DNA of 64,000 bases, taken from a virus. Shown here piece by piece: positions 1-9,941 of this stretch. The notes beneath the pieces were generated by a model, which saw only the letters and a list, made by a program, of their open reading frames with translations, was not told the DNA's origin and did no database searches. Numbering within the stretch: the stretch's first letter is position 1; every line of letters begins with the position of its first letter. The position numbers were made by a program, and so were the translations under genes. The stretch covers positions 1-64,000 of the IMG/VR virus record IMGVR_UViG_3300031918_000006; one strand, written 5' to 3'.

Positions 1-1
1 C

Positions 2-427
2 CAACAAGTAGCAATTAATCCACCAATACCAAGTCTTTACAATCCTATACAGACACAGAATCAACCTATACTTAATCAAAGAGCTATGCCAACATTTGCA
101 GAAGATGGTGCTAAGTTAAAGAAACTAAAAGACTTAAAGAAATTCAAAAAGTTTCAAGCAGGAGGAAGCGTAGATGCTATCTCTGGGAAAGTAGGGACTT
201 TTGACACAGAAAAATCTGATGATACTTTATCTTTTGGACAAGCTTTTAGAAAGAATAGAGCTTCTGGTGCAAAGGAATTTACTTATAAAGGTAAACGTTA
301 TACAACTAAAACTAAAGAAGATGATGCTCCAGCTAGAACTTCTAATACCATTGGGGAAGTCTCAGTAACTGCTAAAAAGAAAACTAATATGTTACCTGAG
401 GTTACTGTTACCGCAAAAAAAAAATAA
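2..427 (+). CDS. 5'-truncated putative virion cargo/internal protein (crAss-like)
   Basis: The frame is open from position 2 (QQVAINPPIP...) through the ATG at 86 to TAA 425-427, so the true start may lie upstream of the window. Contains KKFQAGG, SFGQAF..NR..G...F.Y.G..Y.T and two EV(S/T)VTAKKK repeats. Confidence 0.7.
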   Translation, partial: QQVAINPPIPSLYNPIQTQNQPILNQRAMPTFAEDGAKLKKLKDLKKFKKFQAGGSVDAISGKVGTFDTEKSDDTLSFGQAFRKNRASGAKEFTYKGKRYTTKTKEDDAPARTSNTIGEVSVTAKKKTNMLPEVTVTAKKK

Positions 428-588
428 TGAGGGGAGGAGGTCCCCTTGATGAACCCTCAAACAATAAATTATCTTTCGGACAGGCACTCTTAAAAAATAG
501 AGAAAGAGGAGTGCCTACTTTTAAGTGGAGAGGTAGACAATTTCTAACAAAGGAAACTACTAAAACTACAAAAAATATGCCCGAGTAA
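427..588 (+). CDS. 53-aa ORF paralogous to a domain of the upstream gene (or its -1 frameshift extension); absent from the ORF track
   Basis: TAATG overlap with the upstream stop. Translates as MRGGGPLDEPSNNKLSFGQALLKNRERGVPTFKWRGRQFLTKETTKTTKNMPE and repeats the LSFGQA..KNR..G...F...G motif. Confidence 0.7.
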   Translation: MRGGGPLDEPSNNKLSFGQALLKNRERGVPTFKWRGRQFLTKETTKTTKNMPE

Positions 589-602
589 ACTTATAAGAAA
601 TA

Positions 603-1172
603 ATGGAACTATTTATAGTTAATGAAAATATGCAAGCTGAAATAAATAAAGCAGATGTATTCTTAATCAAAGAATTCAAAGCTTTATTTGAAACTCAGCG
701 CTGTAAAATTGTAGGAGATGCTAAAGGCATCACAAAATTAAGAGCACAAAAAGAATTAGCTTTTATATATTTAGTATATGATTGGAAAACACCATACTCA
801 GAATATTCTGCAAAAGAAAAATTAGAAGCAGCTTTATTAGATAGTGGTATAGAACGATCTTGGATTGAAGACCCTGTGTTAAAAGCAGCCTGTCAAAAAT
901 ATCAAGATCTACAAGACTCTCGTATTTTAAGATTATTACAATCTGCTTATAAAGCAGTTGATGAACTACGACTTTATTTTGATACTCTTAATTTACAAGA
1001 AAGAGACGCCATGACACAACGTCCTATATTTCAAACAAAGAATGTATTAGCTGAGATTGCTAGTCTTGGTAAAACTGTGGAAGGTCTACAACAATTAGAA
1101 TTTATGGTTATGAAAGAAAAAGAAAAGGCTACTAATTTACGTGGAGATCAACAACTTGGAATATTTGACTAA
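603..1172 (+). CDS. Conserved helical protein upstream of TerL, putative terminase small subunit
   Basis: 189 aa, coupled to TerL by a TAATG overlap. Function is inferred from position only. Confidence 0.5.
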   Translation: MELFIVNENMQAEINKADVFLIKEFKALFETQRCKIVGDAKGITKLRAQKELAFIYLVYDWKTPYSEYSAKEKLEAALLDSGIERSWIEDPVLKAACQKYQDLQDSRILRLLQSAYKAVDELRLYFDTLNLQERDAMTQRPIFQTKNVLAEIASLGKTVEGLQQLEFMVMKEKEKATNLRGDQQLGIFD

Positions 1173-3277
1173 TGGCTAAACAAATACACTGGGATATAAC
1201 TACTGAGGAAATATGGAAATTACACAAAGATGGGAATGCATTTTTTGATCCTTCTCTATCTTATGAACTTACTGGTTATAGACCAATCACAGCAACACAA
1301 GGATTAGATTTTGATCCAAAACCTTTTATTGAGATAGGCAGGAAATATGATTTAACAAAAAGATTTGTTGATTTACCTACACAATCTAAAGCTTTTAAAG
1401 ATTGGTGGTTAGAACAACATAGACTCTCTAATGACGGAGTTACATTTAATGGTTATAGAATTACTGGAGATCATTATTTCTTTTTGAATTTCTATACTAT
1501 GCCTAAATCTAAGGATACTAAAAAAGCAGGAGGAGGACGTTTAGAAGGACGACCTGATTTCTGGGCAGCTCACTATGAATTATTTCATTACATAGAATTA
1601 TGTGAGGTTTTAGGATATGATGCAGTAATATTAAAATCTCGTGGGGTAGGTCTCTCTGAGATTGCAGCCTCTTTAGGAGTCCGTCCTTATATAACCATTA
1701 AAGGGTACTCCTCTTTATATGTAGCTTCAGCAGTTAACTTCCTAGAGCCACCAAAAGGTATCTTAGGTAAATGCTGGAAACAATTAGATTGGTTAAACTT
1801 AAATACTGGTGGTGGAATGCGTCGTGTACGTATGTCTGTGGATAGTATCTATCAGAAACAAGCTGCTAAAAAAGATAAAACAGGTACTGTTCATGGACAT
1901 CTCTCTATGATTTCAGGACAAGTAGTAGATACTCCAGATAAGCTTAGAGGAGACCGTGTGGATAGATTATTTTTTGAGGAATCAGGTAGTAATAAATGTC
2001 TTACGGATACTTGGATTGTTGGAGGAGCCCTTGTAATGATTAATGGTAGACGACATGGAATGCGTATGGCTTTTGGAACTGGTGGTTCTGAAGGTCCTAA
2101 TCTTGAGGGATTAGAGAAAATGTTTTTAAATCCAAAAGGTTACACTAGTTTACCTTTGAGACACACTCATACTCTTAAAAAAGAATTAATATCTACTGGA
2201 TATTTTATACCAGCTTGGGTAACTGTGATGGACTCTATGGATTCCAGAGGAGTTGCTGATGAAATTTCTGCAAAAGCCTATTATGAAAACCTACGTCTTC
2301 TACAAAAAGACGACTTTAAAGAATATTCTAAATTTTGTGCAGAGTATTGTTTTTATCCAGAAGAGGCTTTGTCTCGACAAGGTAATAATAACTTTGACCA
2401 AGAAAAATTAGCCGACCAATATACTGAGATTGTTTTTAATAAATCTACTCCTAAAATAAAAGATGGTTTTACCAAGTGGACTTATGAGGGAGATAGTAAT
2501 AGAATAATTGGTGTTAAATTTATGGAAACCCCTGGGGGAACTATGCATATAGCAGAAGACCCAATACTAGATAAAGATGGGAAGTTAATTAGAGACTTAT
2601 ATGTAGCTGGAATTGACTCTATTGATAAAGGTGTGGGAGATTCTATTACTACTAATGGTTCTCAGTTTTGTGTCACTATTAAAAAAAGGACTTTTGGCCT
2701 TGATGGAGACAAGTATGTGGCTTATTATATGGATAGACCCTTTGATGTTAGAGTGGCTTATGAAAAATGTGCACAACTCTTAACTATGTATGGATGCAAA
2801 GCAAACTTAGAAGACACAAAAATCTCAATCATTGGATATTATAGAGAGAAACATTGGATGCATTTACTTATGCCCAGACCTCAATATGCTATTCAAGGAG
2901 ATACACGAAGACCTCCTAATGCAATTGGTACTCAAGGTACTGATAAAATGATTTTACATGGTATAGATTTAATTGAGAACTATGTGAAAGACTATTGTCA
3001 TAATATTAATTTTCTGGAGATGTTGGAACAACTTCAAAATTGGAGTTGGGAAAAGAAAGGAAAGTTCGATATAATTTCATCCATGGTTATGTGTGAGATT
3101 GGAGATGAAGAACTCATGGGAATTACCCCATTAAAAGAAAGACCTCCTACTGATATTTGGCATGACATAGGATATTGGAATGATTCCAATGGAGTTAAAC
3201 ATTATGGAGTTATTCCACATAAAGGAGAGATGAATATTTTAATAAATTCAGTAATAAATGGACACAACAGTTTTTAA
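1172..3277 (+). CDS. terL: Terminase large subunit
   Basis: ATPase motifs ILKSRGVGLSE (Walker A-like) and LFFEESG (Walker B), a GTGG motif, and RNase H-like nuclease motif YVAGIDS. Size and position are typical of crAss-like TerL. Confidence 0.93.
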   Translation: MAKQIHWDITTEEIWKLHKDGNAFFDPSLSYELTGYRPITATQGLDFDPKPFIEIGRKYDLTKRFVDLPTQSKAFKDWWLEQHRLSNDGVTFNGYRITGDHYFFLNFYTMPKSKDTKKAGGGRLEGRPDFWAAHYELFHYIELCEVLGYDAVILKSRGVGLSEIAASLGVRPYITIKGYSSLYVASAVNFLEPPKGILGKCWKQLDWLNLNTGGGMRRVRMSVDSIYQKQAAKKDKTGTVHGHLSMISGQVVDTPDKLRGDRVDRLFFEESGSNKCLTDTWIVGGALVMINGRRHGMRMAFGTGGSEGPNLEGLEKMFLNPKGYTSLPLRHTHTLKKELISTGYFIPAWVTVMDSMDSRGVADEISAKAYYENLRLLQKDDFKEYSKFCAEYCFYPEEALSRQGNNNFDQEKLADQYTEIVFNKSTPKIKDGFTKWTYEGDSNRIIGVKFMETPGGTMHIAEDPILDKDGKLIRDLYVAGIDSIDKGVGDSITTNGSQFCVTIKKRTFGLDGDKYVAYYMDRPFDVRVAYEKCAQLLTMYGCKANLEDTKISIIGYYREKHWMHLLMPRPQYAIQGDTRRPPNAIGTQGTDKMILHGIDLIENYVKDYCHNINFLEMLEQLQNWSWEKKGKFDIISSMVMCEIGDEELMGITPLKERPPTDIWHDIGYWNDSNGVKHYGVIPHKGEMNILINSVINGHNSF

Positions 3278-3569
3278 AGAAGGTATCCTTCAATTTTTTA
3301 AGGATACATATAATGTAGAGTATATCTCAGATTTCACAATTGATTATTATTATGATGGTGATATCTATAGATTCACAGCACAGTTCCAATTAAATCAACA
3401 AAATAAACCCATTACTATCTCTGGACAATTCACTACTATAGAAGATTTCACTATCTTTGCAGTAAAGGAATTAAGAGCAAGGAGATTTCCCACAGTAGAT
3501 TATTTTAAATTAATCCATGCGGAAAGTCCTGATGAACAGAAACTTAGAGAAGAATGCGAAAGCAAATAA
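3258..3569 (+). CDS. Hypothetical protein
   Basis: 103-aa ORF overlapping the TerL end, with no recognised motif. Confidence 0.65.
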   Translation: MDTTVFKEGILQFFKDTYNVEYISDFTIDYYYDGDIYRFTAQFQLNQQNKPITISGQFTTIEDFTIFAVKELRARRFPTVDYFKLIHAESPDEQKLREECESK

Positions 3570-3586
3570 CAAATTAATTTAATATT

Positions 3587-6500
3587 ATGGGTGAACTGAT
3601 AACTAAAGAGTCCTTAATGGGGGCTCAAAAAGTAATAGTAGGAGATGGTACAGCTGATGTTATCTTACGGACTTTAGGGAAAGTATATATACAAGCGGGT
3701 GCTAGACTGAAATTACTAGATGATTTCATTAAGGAATTGGCTACTGTAACTAGTTCACCAGTAGCTATAAATAACCTAACAATTCTCCCCACAGATGAGG
3801 ATTTACTTACTTTAGTTTATCCAGGAGATGGACAGTTTGTTTTTATAAGTGCATCTCAGAATTTATATATCACAGTAAGTGGAGAATATCTCCCAATCAT
3901 TGCAAAAAATGAAGCTACTATTAATTGGGATACTTTAAATAAAGCTTTTGTTTCAAAATCTGGCGATATAATGACAGGAAGTTTAAAAGCTACTGAATTT
4001 ATTGTAGATGAAAAAATTACAGCTCATGGTCCTATAGTCTCAGATATTTCTGAGAGTCCTTTCATAGTAAAATCTACCAAAATGGTAGAGAACTTAAATG
4101 TAGAACAATTAGGTGGATTAAAGAGAGAGAACTATGCTGTAAAAGCAGAAGATGAAGCAATTACAGGGCAGTGGGATTTTGAAAATCAAACTAATTTTAA
4201 GGAACTCACTACATTCAAAAAAGATTTAGTGAGTGCAGATGGGTTTGCTTCAGGATATTCTGGATTTGGATGGAAATTAGACACTAAGACTAACACTTTA
4301 ACAGTGGATAATCTTATTGTCCGTAGAATCATGCAAGTATATGAGTTAGTAGTAGCTAAAATTCGTGCTACTAATGGAGCTTTATGGGTTGCAGATGCAG
4401 ATAAAGTAATGGAAGTTACTAAGTTAACTTCTCCAGAGGTTTTAACAGTCTTTGGGGATGATAGATTCTCAAATTGGAAACATTATTCTTATGATGGACA
4501 GTATTTATGTTCAGGATATGATTTAGATGGAACTCGTATTGAGTTTTTTGAAGGAGCTCCTATAAAAGATGTAAATGGAAATGTAATTACACCACAATCT
4601 GGTTATGATAGTACAGATGATTTAGATTTAGTAATAGCCTTGGCTATTCCAGGTAATCCAAAACGATATTTAAGTTCATATTTTACTGGAGAATTCTATA
4701 GAATAGTTATAGAGAATCCTAAGATGTATCCATTCAGAGTTAATGATATTGTAAGATGTCAAAAATTCACAGGATCTTCTATTAAAACCTATGATGCATT
4801 AGTAACTAATATAGCTCCTGATAGTCATATCATTATAAGATTATCCGTCTTTAATATAGATGGTTTACTTTATGAGATAGAACCAGAAGTTACAGATGGT
4901 CTAGTTCGTATAGGAAATATAAATAATCAAAGTAGACAGGGTGCTATTTACATGACCTCTTCAGAACAGAATAGTCCTTATATGGATATTCTCACAGATG
5001 TTAATAGACCAGATTTTGCACATCCTCTATTAAATGATAATGGAGATGTTATTGCTACACCTAAAAATTTAAAATTAAGATTAGGTAATCTCTCTGGTAT
5101 TTACGACCCTGCTTTTGGGCCAAGACAACCTAGTGGTATGGGATTGTACGGGGAGAATGTATTCTTAAAAGGAAACCTAGTACAAGTTACTGCTGGAGAA
5201 GAAATTAGAGTTCCTGTATACAGAGGAGTGTGGGACTATACTAAAATTTATTGGATAAATGACCAAGTTACTTTTAATGAAGTTATTTATACTTGTATAG
5301 GAGATATTTTAACAGGTGTACCACAAACACAGAATCCAGAAGTAGATAGTAGATGGGAATCATCTGTATCTTCTTTAATGGTCACTCTGTCTAATCCCTC
5401 AGTTGTAATAGGACTTGATAAAGATGGAGTATTAAAATCTGGAGAGATTGGAATCAATGGTAAGTCTACTTTATTCACTGTTTATAAAGGAACTTTAGAT
5501 GTCACTTCTCAATATAGTTTACGCTTAGGAAGTTATAGTGGAGTAACTTTAGATATCTTATCTAATAAATTATATATTAGTGCTCTTTCTGATTTTACTC
5601 CAAAATCTTTATTAGTTACTTTAACAAAAGGTGGAGTAGATGTTAGAAGTTTGTTTTGGAGTCTTAGTTATTCAAAAGATGGACAAGCTGGTGCTCCTGG
5701 AAATGATGGTGCACCTGGTAAAGATGGAACAAATGGAACAAATGGTTCTCCTGGTGCAAAAGGAGATGTAGGGCCTTCTTTAACTTATGAGGGAGAATGG
5801 AGTTCTACAACACATTATTACAATAGAGTTACTGTACGCACTGTAGTTAAAAGAACTATTGCCTCAGTTATTACTTATTATATTACTAAGTTATCTACTA
5901 CAGGAAATGATATAGATTTTGGCACTGCTCAGAATCCAGAAACACATCCAGCTTTATGGGAAACTTTTGCTGGACAATTTACTAGTGTAGCCACTGGTTT
6001 ATTATTAGCTGAGAATGCTGTAGTTAATATAGCTGCTAATAATACTTTGTACATAGGTGCAAGCGGTGCTGCAGGAATTTCAGCATTAGGATGGAAAGGA
6101 GATAGTAATGGATTTCAATCTATGAGGACTGATAGTGGAGGAATAACTCCTTTAACTATTCTTAATGTAGATGGAAGTTTCATTACACAAAAAGGAACTA
6201 TTGGAGGATGGACTATTGATGCTACTAGTATTTCTAGTCCTGGTAATTTAATTAAGTTAAATTCTGCGGGACATATTGATATTCAAAGTACTGGTTATTT
6301 AAACATTGGGAGTAATATCTCTTTAAAAGGAAATAGTGTCTCAAATTTTGGAGGGTTAAATATTGGAACTGATGGTACTTTATATGCTGATAAAGCTGGT
6401 ACTCGCACATTTCAAATTAGTCCTAATGGGGATTTTCTATTCAATGGTAATTTTTATTTATCTAATCAGGCCGGTGGTAATGTTACTGCTGCATTCTCAG

Positions 6501-9097
6501 ATTTATTTGATGTTATTTTAAACCCAGATGGTGTTACCATTAAAGTTTTAGTAAGTAAAGTAAATTTTGCTTCTAAAGGAGATATTACAGCATATCAAGT
6601 AGGTGCATTAGATTCTACTACAAATGGTGTCTTAGCTTTATTAACAGGGACAGGTCCTATTTATAAACCATCTGATACAGAAGTGGGTTTAAGATATGAT
6701 ACAGGACAATTTCAATTATCAGGAGGAAATACTTTACAAATAATTCCTTCAGTTCTAATACCACAAAGTGCTTTAGATTTAAAATTAAACGTATCACTAA
6801 AAGGTTCTGCAAATGGTTTAGCAGAATTAGATGCGAGTGGATTTGTAAAGAACACACAGTTACCTAGTTATGTAGATGACGTTTTAGAGTTCTCAACAAA
6901 ACCTTCTTTTCCTACAATAGGAGAGACTGGTAAAATTTATGTTGCATTAGATACAAATGTTACTTATAGATGGAGTGGTTCAGTATATGTTGTCATTGGT
7001 TCTGACTTAGCTCTTGGAGAAACTTCTGCTTCAGCTTATCGTGGAGATAGAGGAAAGATTGCTTATGACCATACATTCTTAACAACAAATCCTCATGGTG
7101 TTACTAAAGCACAAGTGGGTTTATCTTTAGTTGACAATACAGCCGATTCAACTAAATCAGTTAGTTATGCTTCAGCAGCAGGTACTGCAACAAATTGGAG
7201 TGGTTCGGGTGCATTAGGTTCAGCAGCATACGTTAACACTTCAAGTTTTGCACCTTCAGGTTATGGTGTTGGCGGTTCGCCTGTGGTTACAACTGATGCA
7301 GACAATTATAAATTAACTGGAGATTATTATTTTGTAACACCTATAGCACATTCACCACAAGCATATTTTCAAGCTCATGTTATGGGTTCAAGCAATGGCG
7401 ACTTTGCTCAAATAGGAGTAGCTTCGACTAATGAATTTCATTTTAGATGGGGCACAGGTACATGGCACAAAGTATGGAATGATGGAAATTTAAACCGTTC
7501 AGACGTTGCTTTTGCTGCAAGTACAGGGTCATTTTATAGCAATGTGATAGTAAATAGCAATGCTGCTGATATTGTAGCATTAACACTAAACGCAAATACA
7601 AATCACGGAGTCAGACAAAATTTTTATAATCAAAATGCTTCTGGTTTATATAATTTTCAGATTGGAAGTAATATAACTGCGAATAATGCTTTTGAAATTT
7701 TAGCATCTACAGCATTGGACGGAAGCGGTTTTAGTAATGTTTTTAAAATTACAAATACAGGTGTAGCAACTTTTGCAAGTAGTATTAATCTTGGAGCATT
7801 ACAACAAATAATTTGGGGTGGTGGTTACGGTTCAGGCAAACCATTGATTGAAGGTTCAGCCGCTGGAATGAATGTTTATCCCAAAGGAAATTTAAATGAT
7901 GGTATATTTAACGTAATTGGTACAATTAGGGCAACTGTAGCGGCATCTGTTGGGGGGTTCAGGGTTGATGGGGGTAATCCGCCAGATGGTTATGGATTAG
8001 AAATATATTATGATGCCGCATCAAAGGAAACGAGATTTAATGCTCTTGATAGAGGTATAACCTATACTTGGCATCCAATGGTTTTTAATGCTTCAAATTA
8101 TGCATTTGGAGGTGTTGCAGTTTTTAATAATAGTGTTACTGTGCCTGTTTTACAAATTAATACAGCAGCTGGTGCAAATTCTCAAGATGCAATACTATTA
8201 ACAAAAGCAAATGGATATGGAACGGCAGCAATCCAACAGTATTATAGTACATATTTAGATTATGGTCTTGGATTATCAATACAAGGTGAAAATAAATTTA
8301 CACTTAATCAATTAGGTAATGCAGTTTTTAATGGTTCAGTTGCAGCAAAAAATTTAGCATCAGTTGGTGATTCAGGTGTTGCAGCAGGTGTTGCAAGTAG
8401 CTCAATAAGATTACTAGGTAATGGTTTAGCACATTCAAATATTGCTTGGCAACCAAATGAAAGAACAATATCTTTTCATACATCAATAGCAGGATTGGGA
8501 TTAGATGATTATTGGGGTGCTGTTAGTCTTTATGCAGGTGGCGTTATTACAACTAATTCATCTTTTAAAACGACTTCACCTGTTTCATTAGTCGGTAATT
8601 ATGATACAAATACAACAGAAGATAAATGTATTTGGACAATTGGAACAGGATGGAATACAGTTGCAACAATGTACGGTATTGGCTACGATTACGAAGTTCA
8701 ATCAGGTTTTGGACATTCAATCTTTTTTAAAGCTGCTGGTAATAAGCATACTTGGATTAGTTTATCAACTGGTAATATCTATACAACTGGCTCATTTGTT
8801 GCAGGCGGTGAAATCACAGCCTATAGCGACAGACGTTTAAAATCAAACATTCAACCATTAACTTTAAGAGGTGATTTAAAACCAATGACATATGAAAAAG
8901 ATGGTAAACAGTCAATTGGTTTTATTGCTCAGGACGTACAAGAACTTTATCCTGAGTTGGTGAAAGGTGAGGGTGAAGAAATGTTGAGTTTGAATTATGG
9001 GCAATTAACAGCAGTTTTATATGCTGAGATATTAGAGTTAAAAAATAAGATTAAGAAACAAAATAAAAAACTTAAAAAATTAAAAAATGGAAAATGA
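3587..9097 (+). CDS. Long tail fibre / receptor-binding protein with collagen-like segment and C-terminal peptidase S74-type intramolecular chaperone
   Basis: 1836 aa and G/S/T/N-rich. Has Gly-X-Y repeats, the fibre module QLPSYVDDVLE...GETGKIY...AYRGDRG, and C-terminal YSDRRLKSNI...GFIAQDVQELYPELV...LNYGQL followed by a coiled coil. Confidence 0.85.
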   Translation: MGELITKESLMGAQKVIVGDGTADVILRTLGKVYIQAGARLKLLDDFIKELATVTSSPVAINNLTILPTDEDLLTLVYPGDGQFVFISASQNLYITVSGEYLPIIAKNEATINWDTLNKAFVSKSGDIMTGSLKATEFIVDEKITAHGPIVSDISESPFIVKSTKMVENLNVEQLGGLKRENYAVKAEDEAITGQWDFENQTNFKELTTFKKDLVSADGFASGYSGFGWKLDTKTNTLTVDNLIVRRIMQVYELVVAKIRATNGALWVADADKVMEVTKLTSPEVLTVFGDDRFSNWKHYSYDGQYLCSGYDLDGTRIEFFEGAPIKDVNGNVITPQSGYDSTDDLDLVIALAIPGNPKRYLSSYFTGEFYRIVIENPKMYPFRVNDIVRCQKFTGSSIKTYDALVTNIAPDSHIIIRLSVFNIDGLLYEIEPEVTDGLVRIGNINNQSRQGAIYMTSSEQNSPYMDILTDVNRPDFAHPLLNDNGDVIATPKNLKLRLGNLSGIYDPAFGPRQPSGMGLYGENVFLKGNLVQVTAGEEIRVPVYRGVWDYTKIYWINDQVTFNEVIYTCIGDILTGVPQTQNPEVDSRWESSVSSLMVTLSNPSVVIGLDKDGVLKSGEIGINGKSTLFTVYKGTLDVTSQYSLRLGSYSGVTLDILSNKLYISALSDFTPKSLLVTLTKGGVDVRSLFWSLSYSKDGQAGAPGNDGAPGKDGTNGTNGSPGAKGDVGPSLTYEGEWSSTTHYYNRVTVRTVVKRTIASVITYYITKLSTTGNDIDFGTAQNPETHPALWETFAGQFTSVATGLLLAENAVVNIAANNTLYIGASGAAGISALGWKGDSNGFQSMRTDSGGITPLTILNVDGSFITQKGTIGGWTIDATSISSPGNLIKLNSAGHIDIQSTGYLNIGSNISLKGNSVSNFGGLNIGTDGTLYADKAGTRTFQISPNGDFLFNGNFYLSNQAGGNVTAAFSDLFDVILNPDGVTIKVLVSKVNFASKGDITAYQVGALDSTTNGVLALLTGTGPIYKPSDTEVGLRYDTGQFQLSGGNTLQIIPSVLIPQSALDLKLNVSLKGSANGLAELDASGFVKNTQLPSYVDDVLEFSTKPSFPTIGETGKIYVALDTNVTYRWSGSVYVVIGSDLALGETSASAYRGDRGKIAYDHTFLTTNPHGVTKAQVGLSLVDNTADSTKSVSYASAAGTATNWSGSGALGSAAYVNTSSFAPSGYGVGGSPVVTTDADNYKLTGDYYFVTPIAHSPQAYFQAHVMGSSNGDFAQIGVASTNEFHFRWGTGTWHKVWNDGNLNRSDVAFAASTGSFYSNVIVNSNAADIVALTLNANTNHGVRQNFYNQNASGLYNFQIGSNITANNAFEILASTALDGSGFSNVFKITNTGVATFASSINLGALQQIIWGGGYGSGKPLIEGSAAGMNVYPKGNLNDGIFNVIGTIRATVAASVGGFRVDGGNPPDGYGLEIYYDAASKETRFNALDRGITYTWHPMVFNASNYAFGGVAVFNNSVTVPVLQINTAAGANSQDAILLTKANGYGTAAIQQYYSTYLDYGLGLSIQGENKFTLNQLGNAVFNGSVAAKNLASVGDSGVAAGVASSSIRLLGNGLAHSNIAWQPNERTISFHTSIAGLGLDDYWGAVSLYAGGVITTNSSFKTTSPVSLVGNYDTNTTEDKCIWTIGTGWNTVATMYGIGYDYEVQSGFGHSIFFKAAGNKHTWISLSTGNIYTTGSFVAGGEITAYSDRRLKSNIQPLTLRGDLKPMTYEKDGKQSIGFIAQDVQELYPELVKGEGEEMLSLNYGQLTAVLYAEILELKNKIKKQNKKLKKLKNGK
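5681..5779 (+). repeat. Collagen-like (Gly-X-Y)11 coding repeat within the tail fibre
   Basis: GQA GAP GND GAP GKD GTN GTN GSP GAK GDV GPS. Confidence 0.9.
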
Positions 9098-9389
9098 AGT
9101 AAAAACAGAAATTGTGAAAACAACATTAACAGGCACCATTGAAGGTAAGAGTGTTGTGATTAATTATGAGAATGAATTAGGAAAATTACCAACAAATGTA
9201 GGTGCTACTTGTAATATTCCAAATACAGAGAATCCTATGGAAAATACAAACATTAATGTTAGTGTAAATATTATGGGCAATAAAAATATCATTGTTAATG
9301 GAGCTCCTGCTCTTGGAAATATTTCTATGATATTATCAGGAATAGAATCTACTATACAAGGAATTTTAACTAATCCTCCAGTAGTATAG
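9087..9389 (+). CDS. Hypothetical protein, possibly tail-fibre associated
   Basis: 100 aa, overlapping the fibre stop. Ends in TAG with an in-frame TAA at 9396-9398. Confidence 0.65.
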   Translation: MENEVKTEIVKTTLTGTIEGKSVVINYENELGKLPTNVGATCNIPNTENPMENTNINVSVNIMGNKNIIVNGAPALGNISMILSGIESTIQGILTNPPVV

Positions 9390-9396
9390 ATAAATT

Positions 9397-9429
9397 AAAA
9401 TAAAGGGCACTTATGCGCTCTTTATTTTT
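9397..9429 (+). terminator. Probable intrinsic terminator
   Basis: Imperfect hairpin AAAATAAAGGGCAC-TTAT-GCGCTCTTTATTTT with a T-rich tail. Confidence 0.6.
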
Positions 9430-9439
9430 AAAATATTTG

Positions 9440-9447
9440 TATCTTTG
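9440..9447 (+). promoter_or_regulatory. Bacteroidota-type -7 promoter element
   Basis: TATCTTTG matches TAnnTTTG. It is intergenic, just after a terminator and upstream of ATG 9474. Confidence 0.7.
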
Positions 9448-9473
9448 CACATTAATGAATTAATAATTTTAAT

Positions 9474-9914
9474 ATGACACACGCAGACATTAGATTCCTA
9501 TGGGAAGCCTTGAACGTATTTATTAAATACGTCGCAGATAATGATATAAAAAATCACTATCTAAATTATGGATTAAAAAAGAATGGTATAATTCTTGAAA
9601 AAGAATTTAAGTTAATACAAGAAAGTACATCTCAGAGACTTATTGAATTAGAAAGAAAAGCTATTGAATTAGGTAATGCTAAACTATCTGATTCCACAGA
9701 AAGAACTGATAGTACTCCATACCTTTTAGGATATGTAGAATTAACAGAAGAAGAAAAAGTAGAACATACTGTATTAGCACAGGAATTCAACACATTTTTA
9801 CAGACTAAAAATGACACAAAATTATATATGTTGAAGTTTAGTGTAGAAGAAATGAAGAAATTACCTTTAACTTGGCAAATGAGTAATATTTTAGCCAATT
9901 TTGTAGAAGAATAA
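9474..9914 (+). CDS. Hypothetical protein
   Basis: 146-aa helical ORF downstream of a promoter. Confidence 0.65.
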   Translation: MTHADIRFLWEALNVFIKYVADNDIKNHYLNYGLKKNGIILEKEFKLIQESTSQRLIELERKAIELGNAKLSDSTERTDSTPYLLGYVELTEEEKVEHTVLAQEFNTFLQTKNDTKLYMLKFSVEEMKKLPLTWQMSNILANFVEE

Positions 9915-9941
9915 AATTAAACCCCTTAATACCAATTGATT

